Below, in pieces: positions 1 to 10,273 of a stretch of DNA of 64,000 nt. Made by a program: the position numbers and the translations under genes. The first letter of the stretch is position 1, and each line of letters starts with the position of its first letter. The stretch is taken from assembly GCA_002422875.1 (NCBI GenBank), contig DITT01000027.1, positions 11,482 to 75,481 of the forward strand. Reading direction: 5' to 3'. The stretch is from Rickettsiales bacterium UBA6177 (lineage in GTDB: Bacteria; Pseudomonadota; Alphaproteobacteria; Rickettsiales; UBA6177). Below the pieces are notes generated by a model. It saw only the letters and a list, made by a program, of their open reading frames with translations, ran no database searches and was not told the DNA's origin.

Positions 1-5
1 TCCAT

Positions 6-446
6 CTAATTTATCTCCTTTATATATAATATATTACCTGTTACAGAATCTACTTCAACTACTTCGTTAATTTCAAACTTTTTTTTATTTGATTTGTCCG
101 AAATTTTTGCTCTAGCTATTGTTCCAGACCATTTAACATTTCCAATTTTATCACAAGTTAAAGTATTTTCATAAACTATTGCTTTATTACCTATAATATT
201 ATTATAATTTTGTTTAACATAAGTTTTACGTCTAATAAACATAACCATAAGTAAAATACATATAAGAATTGTAAAAACTACAAGTTGTATAAAATAGTTA
301 TTGGCTGCGATTATATTAAAAGCAATGAGTACAGAGATAATCAAAGCTGATATTCCAAAAATTAAGATAAATACTGTATTAAGTATAAAGCTATCTTTTA
401 AAATAAGTATTACACCTGCTATTAGCCAGTAATAATGATTTTCCAT
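6..446 (-). CDS. NfeD-family inner-membrane protein (YbbJ-like)
   Basis: 146 aa. N-terminal hydrophobic helices are followed by a beta-rich soluble C-terminal domain (GNKAIVYENT...GNVKWSGTIARAKI...VEVDSVTGNILYIKE), as in NfeD OB-fold proteins. The call rests on architecture only. Confidence 0.55.
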   Translation of the reverse strand: MENHYYWLIAGVILILKDSFILNTVFILIFGISALIISVLIAFNIIAANNYFIQLVVFTILICILLMVMFIRRKTYVKQNYNNIIGNKAIVYENTLTCDKIGNVKWSGTIARAKISDKSNKKKFEINEVVEVDSVTGNILYIKEIN

Positions 447-465
447 ATTTATTCCCTAGAATTGC

Positions 466-984
466 TTATTTTAAAGTTTTTAGATAAGCAATTATATTAG
501 CAATTTCTTGCGGTTTACTAATGCCAGCAAAGCTCATTTTAGTTCCTGGTACAAGCTTGCGTGGGTTATTTATCATTTTATAAAGCGATTCATCATCCCA
601 TACACCGCCCAATTCTTGTAACGATTTTGAATAGCTAAAATCTGTACTTTTTGCTTTTTTTGAATTGCTAATTTGCCATAAATCTGGCCCTATTTTAGCT
701 CCAGCTCCAGCTTCAAAATTGTGACACATCGCGCATTTTTTAGCAGTGTTTTTGCCTTCATCAACGTTTGAACTTGCAAGTAAGGCTATTAAATCGACTT
801 TCTGTTCTTCTGCGTTTGTTGAAACAGATGCAGTGTCTTGGTTATTTATTTCTACTTTATAGCCTTTTTGAATTACATTATATTCAGGCTTGTATAATAT
901 ATCTGTAAAGCTTCCAACAAACATTATAATCACTCCAGCAAGTAAAATTGCTGCTAAAATTTTATTCTTTTCTAAATCTATCAC
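466..984 (-). CDS. cycM: membrane-anchored class I c-type cytochrome (CycM-like)
   Basis: N-terminal TM anchor (ILAAILLAGVIIMFVGSF), a single heme-binding CAMCH motif, a distal Met in PGTKMSFAG, and a C-terminal IIAYLKTL helix. Confidence 0.85.
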   Translation of the reverse strand: MIDLEKNKILAAILLAGVIIMFVGSFTDILYKPEYNVIQKGYKVEINNQDTASVSTNAEEQKVDLIALLASSNVDEGKNTAKKCAMCHNFEAGAGAKIGPDLWQISNSKKAKSTDFSYSKSLQELGGVWDDESLYKMINNPRKLVPGTKMSFAGISKPQEIANIIAYLKTLK

Positions 985-1083
985 CCCTAATCTCTTGCAA
1001 ATTAAGTTTATTTATATATAAGCAATATACAATGCTTACGCTTTAAAAGCTAGAGCATTTTACTTAAACTCAACTTAGATTAA

Positions 1084-2433
1084 ATGAAATTAAATCTATT
1101 AGTAAAATCAATTGTCCTTATTCCTGGCTCTGGTGAGTATGTATACGTTGTAACTAATGGGAAGCAAGGTGTTAAGCTTGCTATAAATAATTTAAAACAA
1201 GATTTTCCTAATGTAAAAGATATTAATATAGCAATTTCTTGGTATGCTTCTTCTCTAGATGCTAAAAATTCTTTTGTTAAACCTTTAGTATTAGATAACC
1301 AAGATAAAGCAAGCCAATCTCCTTGGAATGTAGGTTCTTTTTCAAGAGAATATGCAGAAAAAGTTTGCTTTACGCAATTCAAAAGTCCTTGCAGCGGTGG
1401 TACACCCTCGGATTCATCAATTACTCAATTAGTAAAGTTCTTACATGAGCAATCTTTTAAATTAACATTTTTACCATTATTACTGGTTAATTTGCCAAAT
1501 AACAACTGGCGTGGATTTATAACACCTGATTCACAGCAATCCGTTACAAAATTTTTTCAAAGCAACGGTTATAATGATTATATATTACACTATGCTACCT
1601 TAAAAGACACTGATAACCGAAGCTTGATATCATATTTTGAAAATTTTATTATTGGTAGTGAATTAAAAGGTTTAACAACTTATAGAGATTTTGGTGCAGC
1701 AAAATTTAGTGCTGTTGTTGAACTTATAAATTTAGCAGAAGAAGTAAAAGATCTATCACCTAGAGTTCAGGTTTCTTATGCTGCTAACGGACTTGGCGAA
1801 TATCACCATACAGATGGTGGCCTATATGCACTTGATGATTTATGGTGCGATAAAAATATCGATTTTATCGGTATTAGTGCCTATTTTTCTTTGCTTGAAC
1901 CTGGGATACCCCCTAATATTCAAAACACTTTTAATGGATTTACCTCAGGCAAAGATGCAGATTATTATATGTCTGGCAATCAAAAAATTTATTTAGAAGG
2001 CCCTACTTGGGGAGCAAAGAACTTAAAGCACTGGTGGTCCAGCTTTCACTATGAAAATGGCAGAAAAACTTGTTATCTTCCAGAAACGAAGCCTGTTTAT
2101 ATATTAGAATTTGGATTTCCTTCAAGCAAACTCGCCCTACACACCCCAGAAGCCTTCCCTTCAATTCAGGATATAAAAGCTGGTAAATTTATTGCTGACA
2201 ATAATTTGCAACATATAGGCATCTGTGCAGCTTTATTATTCTTTCAATCTCAAAATTTTATTAATAAATCATTTTTATATGCATATGATGCAAGGCCATA
2301 TAATGAGCTTGTAGCAAAACAATCTTATACGGATCATTCACTTTTTGCTCTTGGTCATTGGTTTAGCAATAAAAACATGCAAGATTTTGAATGTAGCTTA
2401 CCAGGCAGCGATCAAACATATGATGATTTATAG
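1084..2433 (+). CDS. stand-alone GTA TIM-barrel-like (glycoside-hydrolase-like) domain protein, homologous to the central domain of RcGTA g15
   Basis: Collinear motif matches to my recollection of the Rhodobacter capsulatus GTA g15 central domain: LIPGSGEYVY, ISWYASSLD, GGTPSDSSITQLVKFL, WRGFITP, YILHYATL, FIIGSELKGLT, YAANGLGEY, LWCDKNIDFIGISAY, LKHWWSSFHYEN, KPVYILEFGFPS and AYDARPY. Confidence 0.7.
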   Translation: MKLNLLVKSIVLIPGSGEYVYVVTNGKQGVKLAINNLKQDFPNVKDINIAISWYASSLDAKNSFVKPLVLDNQDKASQSPWNVGSFSREYAEKVCFTQFKSPCSGGTPSDSSITQLVKFLHEQSFKLTFLPLLLVNLPNNNWRGFITPDSQQSVTKFFQSNGYNDYILHYATLKDTDNRSLISYFENFIIGSELKGLTTYRDFGAAKFSAVVELINLAEEVKDLSPRVQVSYAANGLGEYHHTDGGLYALDDLWCDKNIDFIGISAYFSLLEPGIPPNIQNTFNGFTSGKDADYYMSGNQKIYLEGPTWGAKNLKHWWSSFHYENGRKTCYLPETKPVYILEFGFPSSKLALHTPEAFPSIQDIKAGKFIADNNLQHIGICAALLFFQSQNFINKSFLYAYDARPYNELVAKQSYTDHSLFALGHWFSNKNMQDFECSLPGSDQTYDDL

Positions 2434-2591
2434 TGTAAATTCATTTGGATTTTGCTCATCGTTAAATGATGTGCTTTAAATCAAGTTTTGTTAAAAAGCT
2501 TTTTTTTTTGACAATCCCGTGTTAGTATCTGGTATTAAATTTATTTGGCAACCTTAGATAAATTATTTAATAACTGTTTTGTGAGATAATT

Positions 2592-3809
2592 ATGAAATTA
2601 TGGCATAAAGTAACAATTGGTCTTGTTGCGGGTATAATTTTTGGTTTAGTTGCAGGTGAAAAAGCTGCCTTTGTTAAACCAATTGGTGATATTTTTATTA
2701 ATATGATAAGAATGATTATTATCCCTTTAATTTTCTTTTCATTAGTTTCTGGTATTACCAGTCTTAGCGACCCAACAACTCTAGGTAGGATTGGTGCTAA
2801 AGCATGTTCTGCTTATTTATTAACTACAACTTTTGCTATTATAACAGGTGTTGCTATTGCAGTAATTTTTGAGCCTGGTAAAGGCGTAAATTTAGATTTT
2901 TCTGAATTATCTACTGCCTCTGTTGTAGATAAAACTTACATTAATAATTTTAGTTTTACAAAATTAATTGTAGGAATCGTACCTCATAATGCAATTGCTT
3001 CGATGGCAGAAGGAAATATGCTGCAAGTGGTTTTCTTTTCGATTTTTACAGGCGTTGCTATTATAAAAATGGGCAATCAAGGCAAAAGATTAATAGATAT
3101 TTTTCAGCTATTTTCAAAATTTATTTTTAAAATGATTTCAATGATTGTTGAATTTTCACCATACGGTGCCTTTGCTCTTACTGCTTGGGTTGTTGGCACA
3201 CAAGGTTCAGCTGTACTATTTTCGCTAACAAAACTTATTGGTGTTGTGATGCTTGGAATGGTTGTGCAATACTTAGTTTTTGGTTTATTAATACTTGTGT
3301 TTGGCAGACTTTCCCCTCTTCCTTTCTATCGTAAAAGCTTTGAGTACCAAACTTTAGCTTTTTCAACGAGCAGCAGTAAAGCTACACTGGCAACAACTAT
3401 GAAAGTTTGTCAAAATAGCTTAGGTGTTTCTCATTCTAGCACATCATTTATTCTACCTCTTGGTGCTGCAATGAATATGGATGGGATGGCTATTTATCTT
3501 GGAATAGCAGCTATATTTTTTGCTCAAGCAACAGGTGTTGATCTTAATTTACAAGATTATATAATTATTATATTAACAGCTACTCTTGGTTCCATTGGTG
3601 GCGCCGGTGTTCCTGGTACTTCAATGATCATGCTTCCTATGATATTAAGTGCTATTCATGTGCCAATTGAGGGAGTTGCTTTGATAGCTGGTATTGATCG
3701 TATTTTAGATATGGTTAGAACTACCATTAATATTACAGGTGATGCTGCAGTAACTTTAATTATTGATAAAAGTGAAAATCAATTAGATGAAAAAACTTAT
3801 TATTCATAA
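2592..3809 (+). CDS. dicarboxylate/amino acid:cation symporter (DAACS family, GltP-like)
   Basis: 405 aa polytopic protein. DAACS signature blocks are present: FSTSSSKATLATTM, PLGAAMNMDGMAIY and DRILDMVRTTINITGDA. Confidence 0.9.
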   Translation: MKLWHKVTIGLVAGIIFGLVAGEKAAFVKPIGDIFINMIRMIIIPLIFFSLVSGITSLSDPTTLGRIGAKACSAYLLTTTFAIITGVAIAVIFEPGKGVNLDFSELSTASVVDKTYINNFSFTKLIVGIVPHNAIASMAEGNMLQVVFFSIFTGVAIIKMGNQGKRLIDIFQLFSKFIFKMISMIVEFSPYGAFALTAWVVGTQGSAVLFSLTKLIGVVMLGMVVQYLVFGLLILVFGRLSPLPFYRKSFEYQTLAFSTSSSKATLATTMKVCQNSLGVSHSSTSFILPLGAAMNMDGMAIYLGIAAIFFAQATGVDLNLQDYIIIILTATLGSIGGAGVPGTSMIMLPMILSAIHVPIEGVALIAGIDRILDMVRTTINITGDAAVTLIIDKSENQLDEKTYYS

Positions 3810-3900
3810 AAATTATAAGTTGTGACTTTTTTAAGTAAATGCTATTTTGTAGTAACTTAAAAAATTTTGTTAAATTATAAAAATATTTTTGAGATGAATT

Positions 3901-4326
3901 ATGTATAAAAAAATCTTATTTGCAGTAGATATTAATGAAAAAAGTTTTTGGAAAGATTCTTTACCAAAATTTTTAGAATTATGTAATAATTTCCAAGATA
4001 GCATATTTGTTATTACCACAATTGTACCAACAAGTTTTGGTGTAATGGAAGAATATTTTCCGAAGGGCTGGACAAAAGAAGTTCTTCAAAAATCAAAGCA
4101 AAAATTAGAAGAAATTGTTGCTAAAAATATTCCAAGTACTATTAAAGTAGAAACTATCGTTGCAAAAGGTGTGATTTACCAAGCTATAATTGACTTATCG
4201 ACAAAGATTGAAGCAGATTTAATAGTAGTTTCAGCTCATCATCCTGATAGAGGTGATTATCTTTTAGGACCTAATGCTGCAAAAGTTATAAGACACTCTG
4301 ATATTTCAGTATTAGTACTTAGATAA
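3901..4326 (+). CDS. universal stress protein (UspA family)
   Basis: 141 aa. It begins MYKKILFAVD and ends with the Usp ATP-binding-type block DLIVVSAHHPDRGDYLLGPNAAKVIRHSDISVLVLR. Confidence 0.75.
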   Translation: MYKKILFAVDINEKSFWKDSLPKFLELCNNFQDSIFVITTIVPTSFGVMEEYFPKGWTKEVLQKSKQKLEEIVAKNIPSTIKVETIVAKGVIYQAIIDLSTKIEADLIVVSAHHPDRGDYLLGPNAAKVIRHSDISVLVLR

Positions 4327-4334
4327 ATATAACT

Positions 4335-4354
4335 AAGGTTCTAGCTAGAACCTT
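4335..4354. terminator. perfect 20-nt palindrome between convergent genes (candidate bidirectional terminator hairpin)
   Basis: AAGGTTCTAGCTAGAACCTT lies between the uspA-like stop (4326) and the queD stop (4358). It is followed by an A/T-rich tract. Confidence 0.45.
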
Positions 4355-4357
4355 AAT

Positions 4358-4780
4358 TTAAATTTCTGCCTCAGCATAACAATTTGGTGTTTCATAAATT
4401 CTTATTTTAAAGCATTTTATACTTTCATCTTTAAACACTTCTGGACATATATTATTTAGTAAATAATTCGCCATATTTTCAGCAGTAGGGTTATTGTTTA
4501 AATAATATATTTTTTGATTGGTAATTTCAGTTATATCACTTCCTAATTTTTGATCTAAAGATGAAAGTATAGTTGTATGATCCCAGTTATCATCTAACCA
4601 TTTTCCTAGTTTTTCTTTAATTATTCCAAAATCTATTACTACTCCTAAAGAGTCCAGTTCATTTGCAGAAAAACTTGCTTCAACTTTATATCTATGCCCA
4701 TGCAAAAACTTACATTTGTTTTGATGACCTATCACTCTATGTGCCGCATCAAACTCAATAATTCTAGTACAAATAGTCAT
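4358..4780 (-). CDS. queD: 6-carboxy-5,6,7,8-tetrahydropterin synthase
   Basis: 140 aa. Zn-binding PTPS-type motif FDAAHRVIGH...CKFLHGHRYKVE, and the length is typical of QueD. Confidence 0.9.
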   Translation of the reverse strand: MTICTRIIEFDAAHRVIGHQNKCKFLHGHRYKVEASFSANELDSLGVVIDFGIIKEKLGKWLDDNWDHTTILSSLDQKLGSDITEITNQKIYYLNNNPTAENMANYLLNNICPEVFKDESIKCFKIRIYETPNCYAEAEI

Positions 4781-4974
4781 TATTAGCCCTATTATTTTTA
4801 TTTATTATAAATATTACTAAAGCACTCTACTAGCCCTTATAGCATAACTATTAATCTACTATATAATCCATATTCATTGCTTACAATTGTTTTTGCTAGA
4901 TAATAATCAAATCTATGAAATTTTAGATTGATAAATTATCATTATACAGCATATATATTACTAGAATATTTTAA

Positions 4975-6678
4975 TTGTTAATGAGTTTAAAAATGTCACT
5001 AATAGGTAATGCTTGGTATCTAAGTAAAGAATTTTTCTTCGATAAAGAAACTAGAAAAAAAGCTTTTATACTATTATTAGTTTCAATAATATTTGAACTA
5101 GTAATTGTATATATAAGTGTCATTTTAAATAAATGGAATAATGATTTTTATAATGCTCTGCAAGCTTTAAATAAGCCAGCTTTATATAAAGCTCTAGGAA
5201 TTTTTTGCATAATTGTATTATTTTATATGATAGCATTTGTTTCAAAATATTTTTTCCATAGTAAATTACACATTTATTGGCGTCAGTCGATGACTAATAA
5301 TTATATTAATAAATGGGTAAATGATCATGCTTATTTTGGCAATAATTTATTTAAAACTAAAAACGACAATCCGGACCAAAGAATAAGTGAGGATATTAAT
5401 TCATTTATAAAACTAACTATTAATATTAGCTTAGGCTTACTTAGTAATATAATATCTCTGATTAGTTTTACAGCAATTTTATGGACTTTATCAGGAGTAT
5501 TAAAATTTACGTTATTCAGTTTTGATATAAATATTTCTGGATATCTTGTGTGGTTATCTATAATTTACGCAGGGATAGGAACTATAATAACTTATAGAAT
5601 TGGTAAGAAATTATCATCTATAAATTATGCGCAAGAACAAAAGGAAGCTAATTTTCGTTTCTCAATGATGCGTTTTAGAGAAAATGCAGAAAGCGTTGTA
5701 TTATATAATGGTATAGAATATGAAAAAAAAGTATTTAGTAGAGCTCTTGAAGCAATAGTACAAAATTTTAATTCATTAATTACTATCAATAAGAATTTAG
5801 GATTGTGGACAAGTTTATACCATAATACAACTACTATACTCCCTATCATTGCTGCATGCCCAAGATTTTTTGCTAAAGAAATTCTTCTTGGTGGTTTGTT
5901 CCAAATATCTTCAGCATTTAGAGAAGTCCATTCGTCTTTATCTTTTCTGGTCAATAGTTTTACTACAATCGCTGAGTATAAGGCGATAGTATCTAGACTA
6001 GTAGAATTTAATAATAATATAGAAAATTGGAATAAAGCTTTATCAAATAATCAAATTAAAGTAGTTACCCATGATAAAAACAATATTATCCTAGAAAATT
6101 TATATATTCATTCCCCTGTTGGAGAAGTGTTAGCCAAAGACATTAATTTAACTTTATCGATAGGAGAATCATATTTAATATCAGGTAGGAATGGTGCTGG
6201 TAAAAGTACTTTTGTAAAAGCTCTTAAAGCTGTATGGCCTTTTGGAAAAGGAAAAATTACTATACCAAATTATACAAAACTATTTGTTATTCCTCAAAAA
6301 ACTTATATGCCTTTAGGAAAATTAATAGAAGCAATCGCCTATCCAAAAACTAGTTTAAATGATAATGAAAGAAATTATCTTGAAAGTTTAATGATTAAGC
6401 TAAATATTTCTTATTTGATTGATAGGTTAAATAATGAAGAAAATTGGTCTATTTCTTTAAGTTTAGGTGAACAGCAAAAAATAGGAATATTACGTGCAAT
6501 ACTGAGTAATCCTAAAATATTAGTTATGGATGAGAGTACTAGTGCATTAACAGAAAATGATGAGAAACTAGCTTACACTCTTTTAAAAGAAATATTAGTA
6601 AATGCAATCATTATTACAATTGGTCATAGAGAATCTTTAAAAATCTATCATACTAAAGAGATAAAATTTAGCGTATAA
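4975..6678 (+). CDS. fused permease/ATPase ABC transporter (YddA / SbmA-BacA-type TMD)
   Basis: 567 aa. The N-terminal half is polytopic. The C-terminal NBD has Walker A GRNGAGKST, signature LSLGEQQK and Walker B ILVMDESTSAL. The ORF begins at TTG 4975, and ATG 4981 is an equally plausible start. Confidence 0.85.
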   Translation: MLMSLKMSLIGNAWYLSKEFFFDKETRKKAFILLLVSIIFELVIVYISVILNKWNNDFYNALQALNKPALYKALGIFCIIVLFYMIAFVSKYFFHSKLHIYWRQSMTNNYINKWVNDHAYFGNNLFKTKNDNPDQRISEDINSFIKLTINISLGLLSNIISLISFTAILWTLSGVLKFTLFSFDINISGYLVWLSIIYAGIGTIITYRIGKKLSSINYAQEQKEANFRFSMMRFRENAESVVLYNGIEYEKKVFSRALEAIVQNFNSLITINKNLGLWTSLYHNTTTILPIIAACPRFFAKEILLGGLFQISSAFREVHSSLSFLVNSFTTIAEYKAIVSRLVEFNNNIENWNKALSNNQIKVVTHDKNNIILENLYIHSPVGEVLAKDINLTLSIGESYLISGRNGAGKSTFVKALKAVWPFGKGKITIPNYTKLFVIPQKTYMPLGKLIEAIAYPKTSLNDNERNYLESLMIKLNISYLIDRLNNEENWSISLSLGEQQKIGILRAILSNPKILVMDESTSALTENDEKLAYTLLKEILVNAIIITIGHRESLKIYHTKEIKFSV

Positions 6679-6709
6679 TATTCATTTGAATTCATTATAT
6701 AATTAAAGT

Positions 6710-7600
6710 CTAAATTTCTTTTTTTAGAGAATTTAATGCTTCATCAAAATTTAAATATTTAAATTCAAAATTTTCGTTTAAGAGCCTTTGAGGCTTTGCT
6801 TTGTAATTACCAAGTAATAATTCTTTACCCATTTGCTTAAAAAATAGCTTAATTATTTTTTCAGAAAAATTAACTACAAACTTTCTTTTAAAAAAACTTT
6901 TGAGTTTTTCTGTAAAAGTTAAATTACTTAGATAATTAGGCGAGCATAGATTATATATTCCTTGAGAATTTTTATTATAAACTAAATGGTAAATGGCTGC
7001 TATTACATCAAAAATATGAATCCATGAAATATTTTGTTCTCCAGTACCAAATTTAGTACCAACTCCACATAAAAATGGCCAGCGTATTTTTTTAAAGAAT
7101 CCTCCGCTTTTTCCAATTACAATTCCCATTCTGATAATACAATGTCTTGTACCAAAATTTTTGACATCATCTCCAGTGCTTTCAATAGTATTATATAAAC
7201 TATAGAAATATGATTTTAAAGGATAGGTATTTTCAGTAATAATTTCTTTATGATTTGGACCATAATAACATAAAGAAGATGCTGTTATCATAATTTGGGG
7301 TTTTGCTTTTAAGCGTTCAACTAGTTTTACAAGCTGCTCAGCAGTGTTAACTTTACCTGAATATAGCTTATCTTTTTTGCTAGGAGTCCAAATAGAATAT
7401 ATATTTTCACCACCAAGATTAATAATTACATCTATTTGTTCATCTTCAGAAATACTATTCAAATCTCTGATCATATGGCAATTCTTAATCTTTTTATAAG
7501 AAGTTGTGCTAAAAACAAAAACCTTATTTTCACTCTTATCAAGAGCGCAAATAAAATTCTTACCAATAAAGCCTGTTCCACCAACAATTAAATAATTCAT
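6710..7600 (-). CDS. TIGR01777-type epimerase family protein (YfcH/SDR39U1-like, atypical SDR)
   Basis: Rossmann motif MNYLIVGGTGFIGKNF. The C-terminal DUF1731-like block is KPQRLLNENFEFKYLNFDEALNSL. Confidence 0.8.
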   Translation of the reverse strand: MNYLIVGGTGFIGKNFICALDKSENKVFVFSTTSYKKIKNCHMIRDLNSISEDEQIDVIINLGGENIYSIWTPSKKDKLYSGKVNTAEQLVKLVERLKAKPQIMITASSLCYYGPNHKEIITENTYPLKSYFYSLYNTIESTGDDVKNFGTRHCIIRMGIVIGKSGGFFKKIRWPFLCGVGTKFGTGEQNISWIHIFDVIAAIYHLVYNKNSQGIYNLCSPNYLSNLTFTEKLKSFFKRKFVVNFSEKIIKLFFKQMGKELLLGNYKAKPQRLLNENFEFKYLNFDEALNSLKKEI

Positions 7601-7690
7601 AATGTTATTATTTCTTTTAATCTAAAAGCAATATTAATTGATCTAATATGAAATTAAAACATAATTTATAATAATTATGCCATAGAAAGC

Positions 7691-8188
7691 TTAATCTACT
7701 AGATTATAACTAAAAGCAATTTTAGCTTGAGTTTTAAGATTTATTCTAGATTGTTTATAATTAGGTATTAGTTTTGCAACTTGTATCCAAAATTTGTTTG
7801 AGTGGTTCATTTCAAGTAAGTGACAAACTTCATGAGCAACTACATATTGTAAAGTTTCGAATGGTAAAAATACTAGTCTTAAATTAAATGACAAATTACC
7901 TTCACTGCTACAACTACCCCATCTAGAGGTTAAGTTTCTTACTGAAATTTTATTATATTTAACGTTTTGTATATTAGTATAGTTACTTACTAAAGTTCTA
8001 ATTTCTTTAGTTAAGAAGTCTTTAAAAAACACACTAATTTTTTTAGCTAAGAACTCTTTATAACCAAAAACTAAAATTTTATTTTCATAAAAACAAGTAG
8101 TTCCTCTAAGACTATCTTGATGTTCTATTATATATTTTTTACCTAAAATTTCTATAATTAAGCCATCTTCAAATTTTATTTTTTGCAT
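7691..8188 (-). CDS. YgjP-like (DUF45/M48-type) zinc metallopeptidase
   Basis: HEVCHLLEMNHSNKFW (HExxH...H-S..FW) motif, followed by IPNYKQSRINLK. Confidence 0.8.
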   Translation of the reverse strand: MQKIKFEDGLIIEILGKKYIIEHQDSLRGTTCFYENKILVFGYKEFLAKKISVFFKDFLTKEIRTLVSNYTNIQNVKYNKISVRNLTSRWGSCSSEGNLSFNLRLVFLPFETLQYVVAHEVCHLLEMNHSNKFWIQVAKLIPNYKQSRINLKTQAKIAFSYNLVD

Positions 8189-8194
8189 GTTCCT

Positions 8195-8749
8195 TTAAAC
8201 AGCTTCAACCGCTATAACCTCAGGTACGTAATGTTTTAACATTGATTCAATACCCTCTTTTAAAGTAACAGTCGAACTTGGGCAGCCAGAGCAAGCACCT
8301 TTCAGTTCTAAATAAACAATACCATCTACAAATCTATTAAAGGTTATATCTCCACCATCTTGAGCGACTGCTGGCCTAACACGATGCTCTATAATTTCTT
8401 TTATTTGTTTTACAATTTCATCATCATCTTCATTATAATAAGATTTTTGATCTATACTTGAGTCACGAATAACTTTTCTATCATGAACAAAAAATTCCAT
8501 AATACTAACTAAAATATCAGGTTTAATAACATCCCAAGAAAACTCTTCATCTTTAGTTACTGAAATAAAATCACTGCCTAAAAAAACTCCTTTAATAAAA
8601 TCAAATTCAAAAAGCTTTTCTGTAAGTTCAGAAACTGTTGCTTGTTCTTTAGTTTCAATATTTATAGGATCACTTTTGCCCATTACCTCTATACCAGGTA
8701 TAAATTTTAAGCAATTAGGATTAGGTGTATTTTCTGTCTGAATAAACAT
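8195..8749 (-). CDS. NifU/Nfu-type Fe-S cluster scaffold protein
   Basis: The Nfu N-terminal domain (MFIQTENTPNPNCLKFIPG) is joined to a NifU C-terminal domain with a CxxC motif (GACSGCPSSTVTLKEGIE). Confidence 0.85.
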   Translation of the reverse strand: MFIQTENTPNPNCLKFIPGIEVMGKSDPINIETKEQATVSELTEKLFEFDFIKGVFLGSDFISVTKDEEFSWDVIKPDILVSIMEFFVHDRKVIRDSSIDQKSYYNEDDDEIVKQIKEIIEHRVRPAVAQDGGDITFNRFVDGIVYLELKGACSGCPSSTVTLKEGIESMLKHYVPEVIAVEAV

Positions 8750-8829
8750 AGTATTTTTAGTTAAAAAATTTAAGTACTTTGTTTATACCTTAATATTTAC
8801 AGCATTTAAAGTTTAAATGCATAAGTTAT

Positions 8830-10269
8830 TTAAAAAAATACTTTTAAAGTTAAATCTGCGAAAAAAATATAGCTTACACAAAACATAGCAATTAACAATA
8901 ATATAACTATAATTCCATATCTAGGACTATCAATTATTTCACTTGTTTCATCAGCATACATAAACTTTATTAGTCTTAAATAGTAAAAGGCTGAAACTGC
9001 AGAAGATAATACTGCTATTATGGCTAAAATATTACCAAATAAATCGTTACTAATGATTTCTCTTAAAATATAAAATTTAGCAAAAAAACCAGCAAAAGGT
9101 GGTATGCCTATCATTGAAAAAATTATTATACTAAATAACACAGCTAAAATTGGGTTCTGTGCTGCAATTCCCTTAAATGCATATATTGAATCTTTATAAT
9201 TTCCTTTAACTCTTAAACATAAAATAATGGCAAAAAAACCAATAGTAGTAAGCGTATAAATTATCAGATAATTAATTACATTTGTTCTTGCAACATAACC
9301 ACCACCTATAAATCCAAGTAAAATAAATCCCATATTTCCAATAGAACTATATGCAAATAATCTTTTAATACTTGTTTGCATAATTCCACCAATACTACCA
9401 ACAATTAAAGACAGTACAGCAGCAGCTATAATTACTTGCTCATAATAAGAATAATTATCAGCAAAATTATTTAAAATTTGATACTGTAAAACTATAACAC
9501 TTGCAAATTTAGCAATCGATGAAATAAATAATGCAGCATGATTTGAACTTCCCTCCAAAACATCTGGAGCCCACATATGAAACGGTGCTGCTGATATTTT
9601 AAAACAAAAAGCAATTATTATTAGAATAAGCCCTATGATTGCACCTAGTGAGGCCTTTGAAAAAGTATCAATATTTACAGAATCTAAACTATTAAAATCA
9701 ATAGAACCTGTAAAACCATAAACTAAAGAAACACCATATAAAAAAATACCAGAAGCAATTGCTCCTAAAATTAAATATTTAACCCCTGCTTCACTCTGAG
9801 TTAAAGAATCACGATCAAATACTGCAAGTAAATATAAGCATAAGCTATATAGCTCAAGACCCGTGTATAATATTATAAAATTCTTGGCAGATAACATAAT
9901 ACTCATGCCAAGCAAGCTAAAAGCCATTAATAAAACATATTCAAATTTATAAATATTATTTGTTAAATTAAAATCAGCAAGATAAAGCAAAGTTATCAAT
10001 ATAAATAATAAATATAGAATTATTTTAGCGATGATAATTTCTTTATTTAGCAAGAAGCTATTTAATAAGACTTCATTATAATTATTTTTAAAAAAGTAAA
10101 CTAATATAGCTACTCCCAAAAATGCCATTAATATAATGAAACAAGTAATAAATTTAGTAGTATTTTTCTTATTAAATACCCCTATTAAGACAGAAGCCAA
10201 ACCTGAAAATAGCACTATTATTTCTGGCAAAATTCCCTTCATTCCTGTTAGAGCAGTTCCCATATACAT
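8830..10269 (-). CDS. nuoN: NADH-quinone oxidoreductase subunit N
   Basis: 479 aa polytopic antiporter-like subunit. It is the last gene of the contiguous nuoG-N series. Confidence 0.9.
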   Translation of the reverse strand: MYMGTALTGMKGILPEIIVLFSGLASVLIGVFNKKNTTKFITCFIILMAFLGVAILVYFFKNNYNEVLLNSFLLNKEIIIAKIILYLLFILITLLYLADFNLTNNIYKFEYVLLMAFSLLGMSIMLSAKNFIILYTGLELYSLCLYLLAVFDRDSLTQSEAGVKYLILGAIASGIFLYGVSLVYGFTGSIDFNSLDSVNIDTFSKASLGAIIGLILIIIAFCFKISAAPFHMWAPDVLEGSSNHAALFISSIAKFASVIVLQYQILNNFADNYSYYEQVIIAAAVLSLIVGSIGGIMQTSIKRLFAYSSIGNMGFILLGFIGGGYVARTNVINYLIIYTLTTIGFFAIILCLRVKGNYKDSIYAFKGIAAQNPILAVLFSIIIFSMIGIPPFAGFFAKFYILREIISNDLFGNILAIIAVLSSAVSAFYYLRLIKFMYADETSEIIDSPRYGIIVILLLIAMFCVSYIFFADLTLKVFF

Positions 10270-10273
10270 AAAT

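Noticed and set aside
2508-2540. A perfect TTGACA hexamer upstream of the gltP-like gene, considered as a -35 box.
   Set aside because: No acceptable -10 hexamer lies at 16-18 nt spacing. The best candidate, TATTAA, is at 19 nt.
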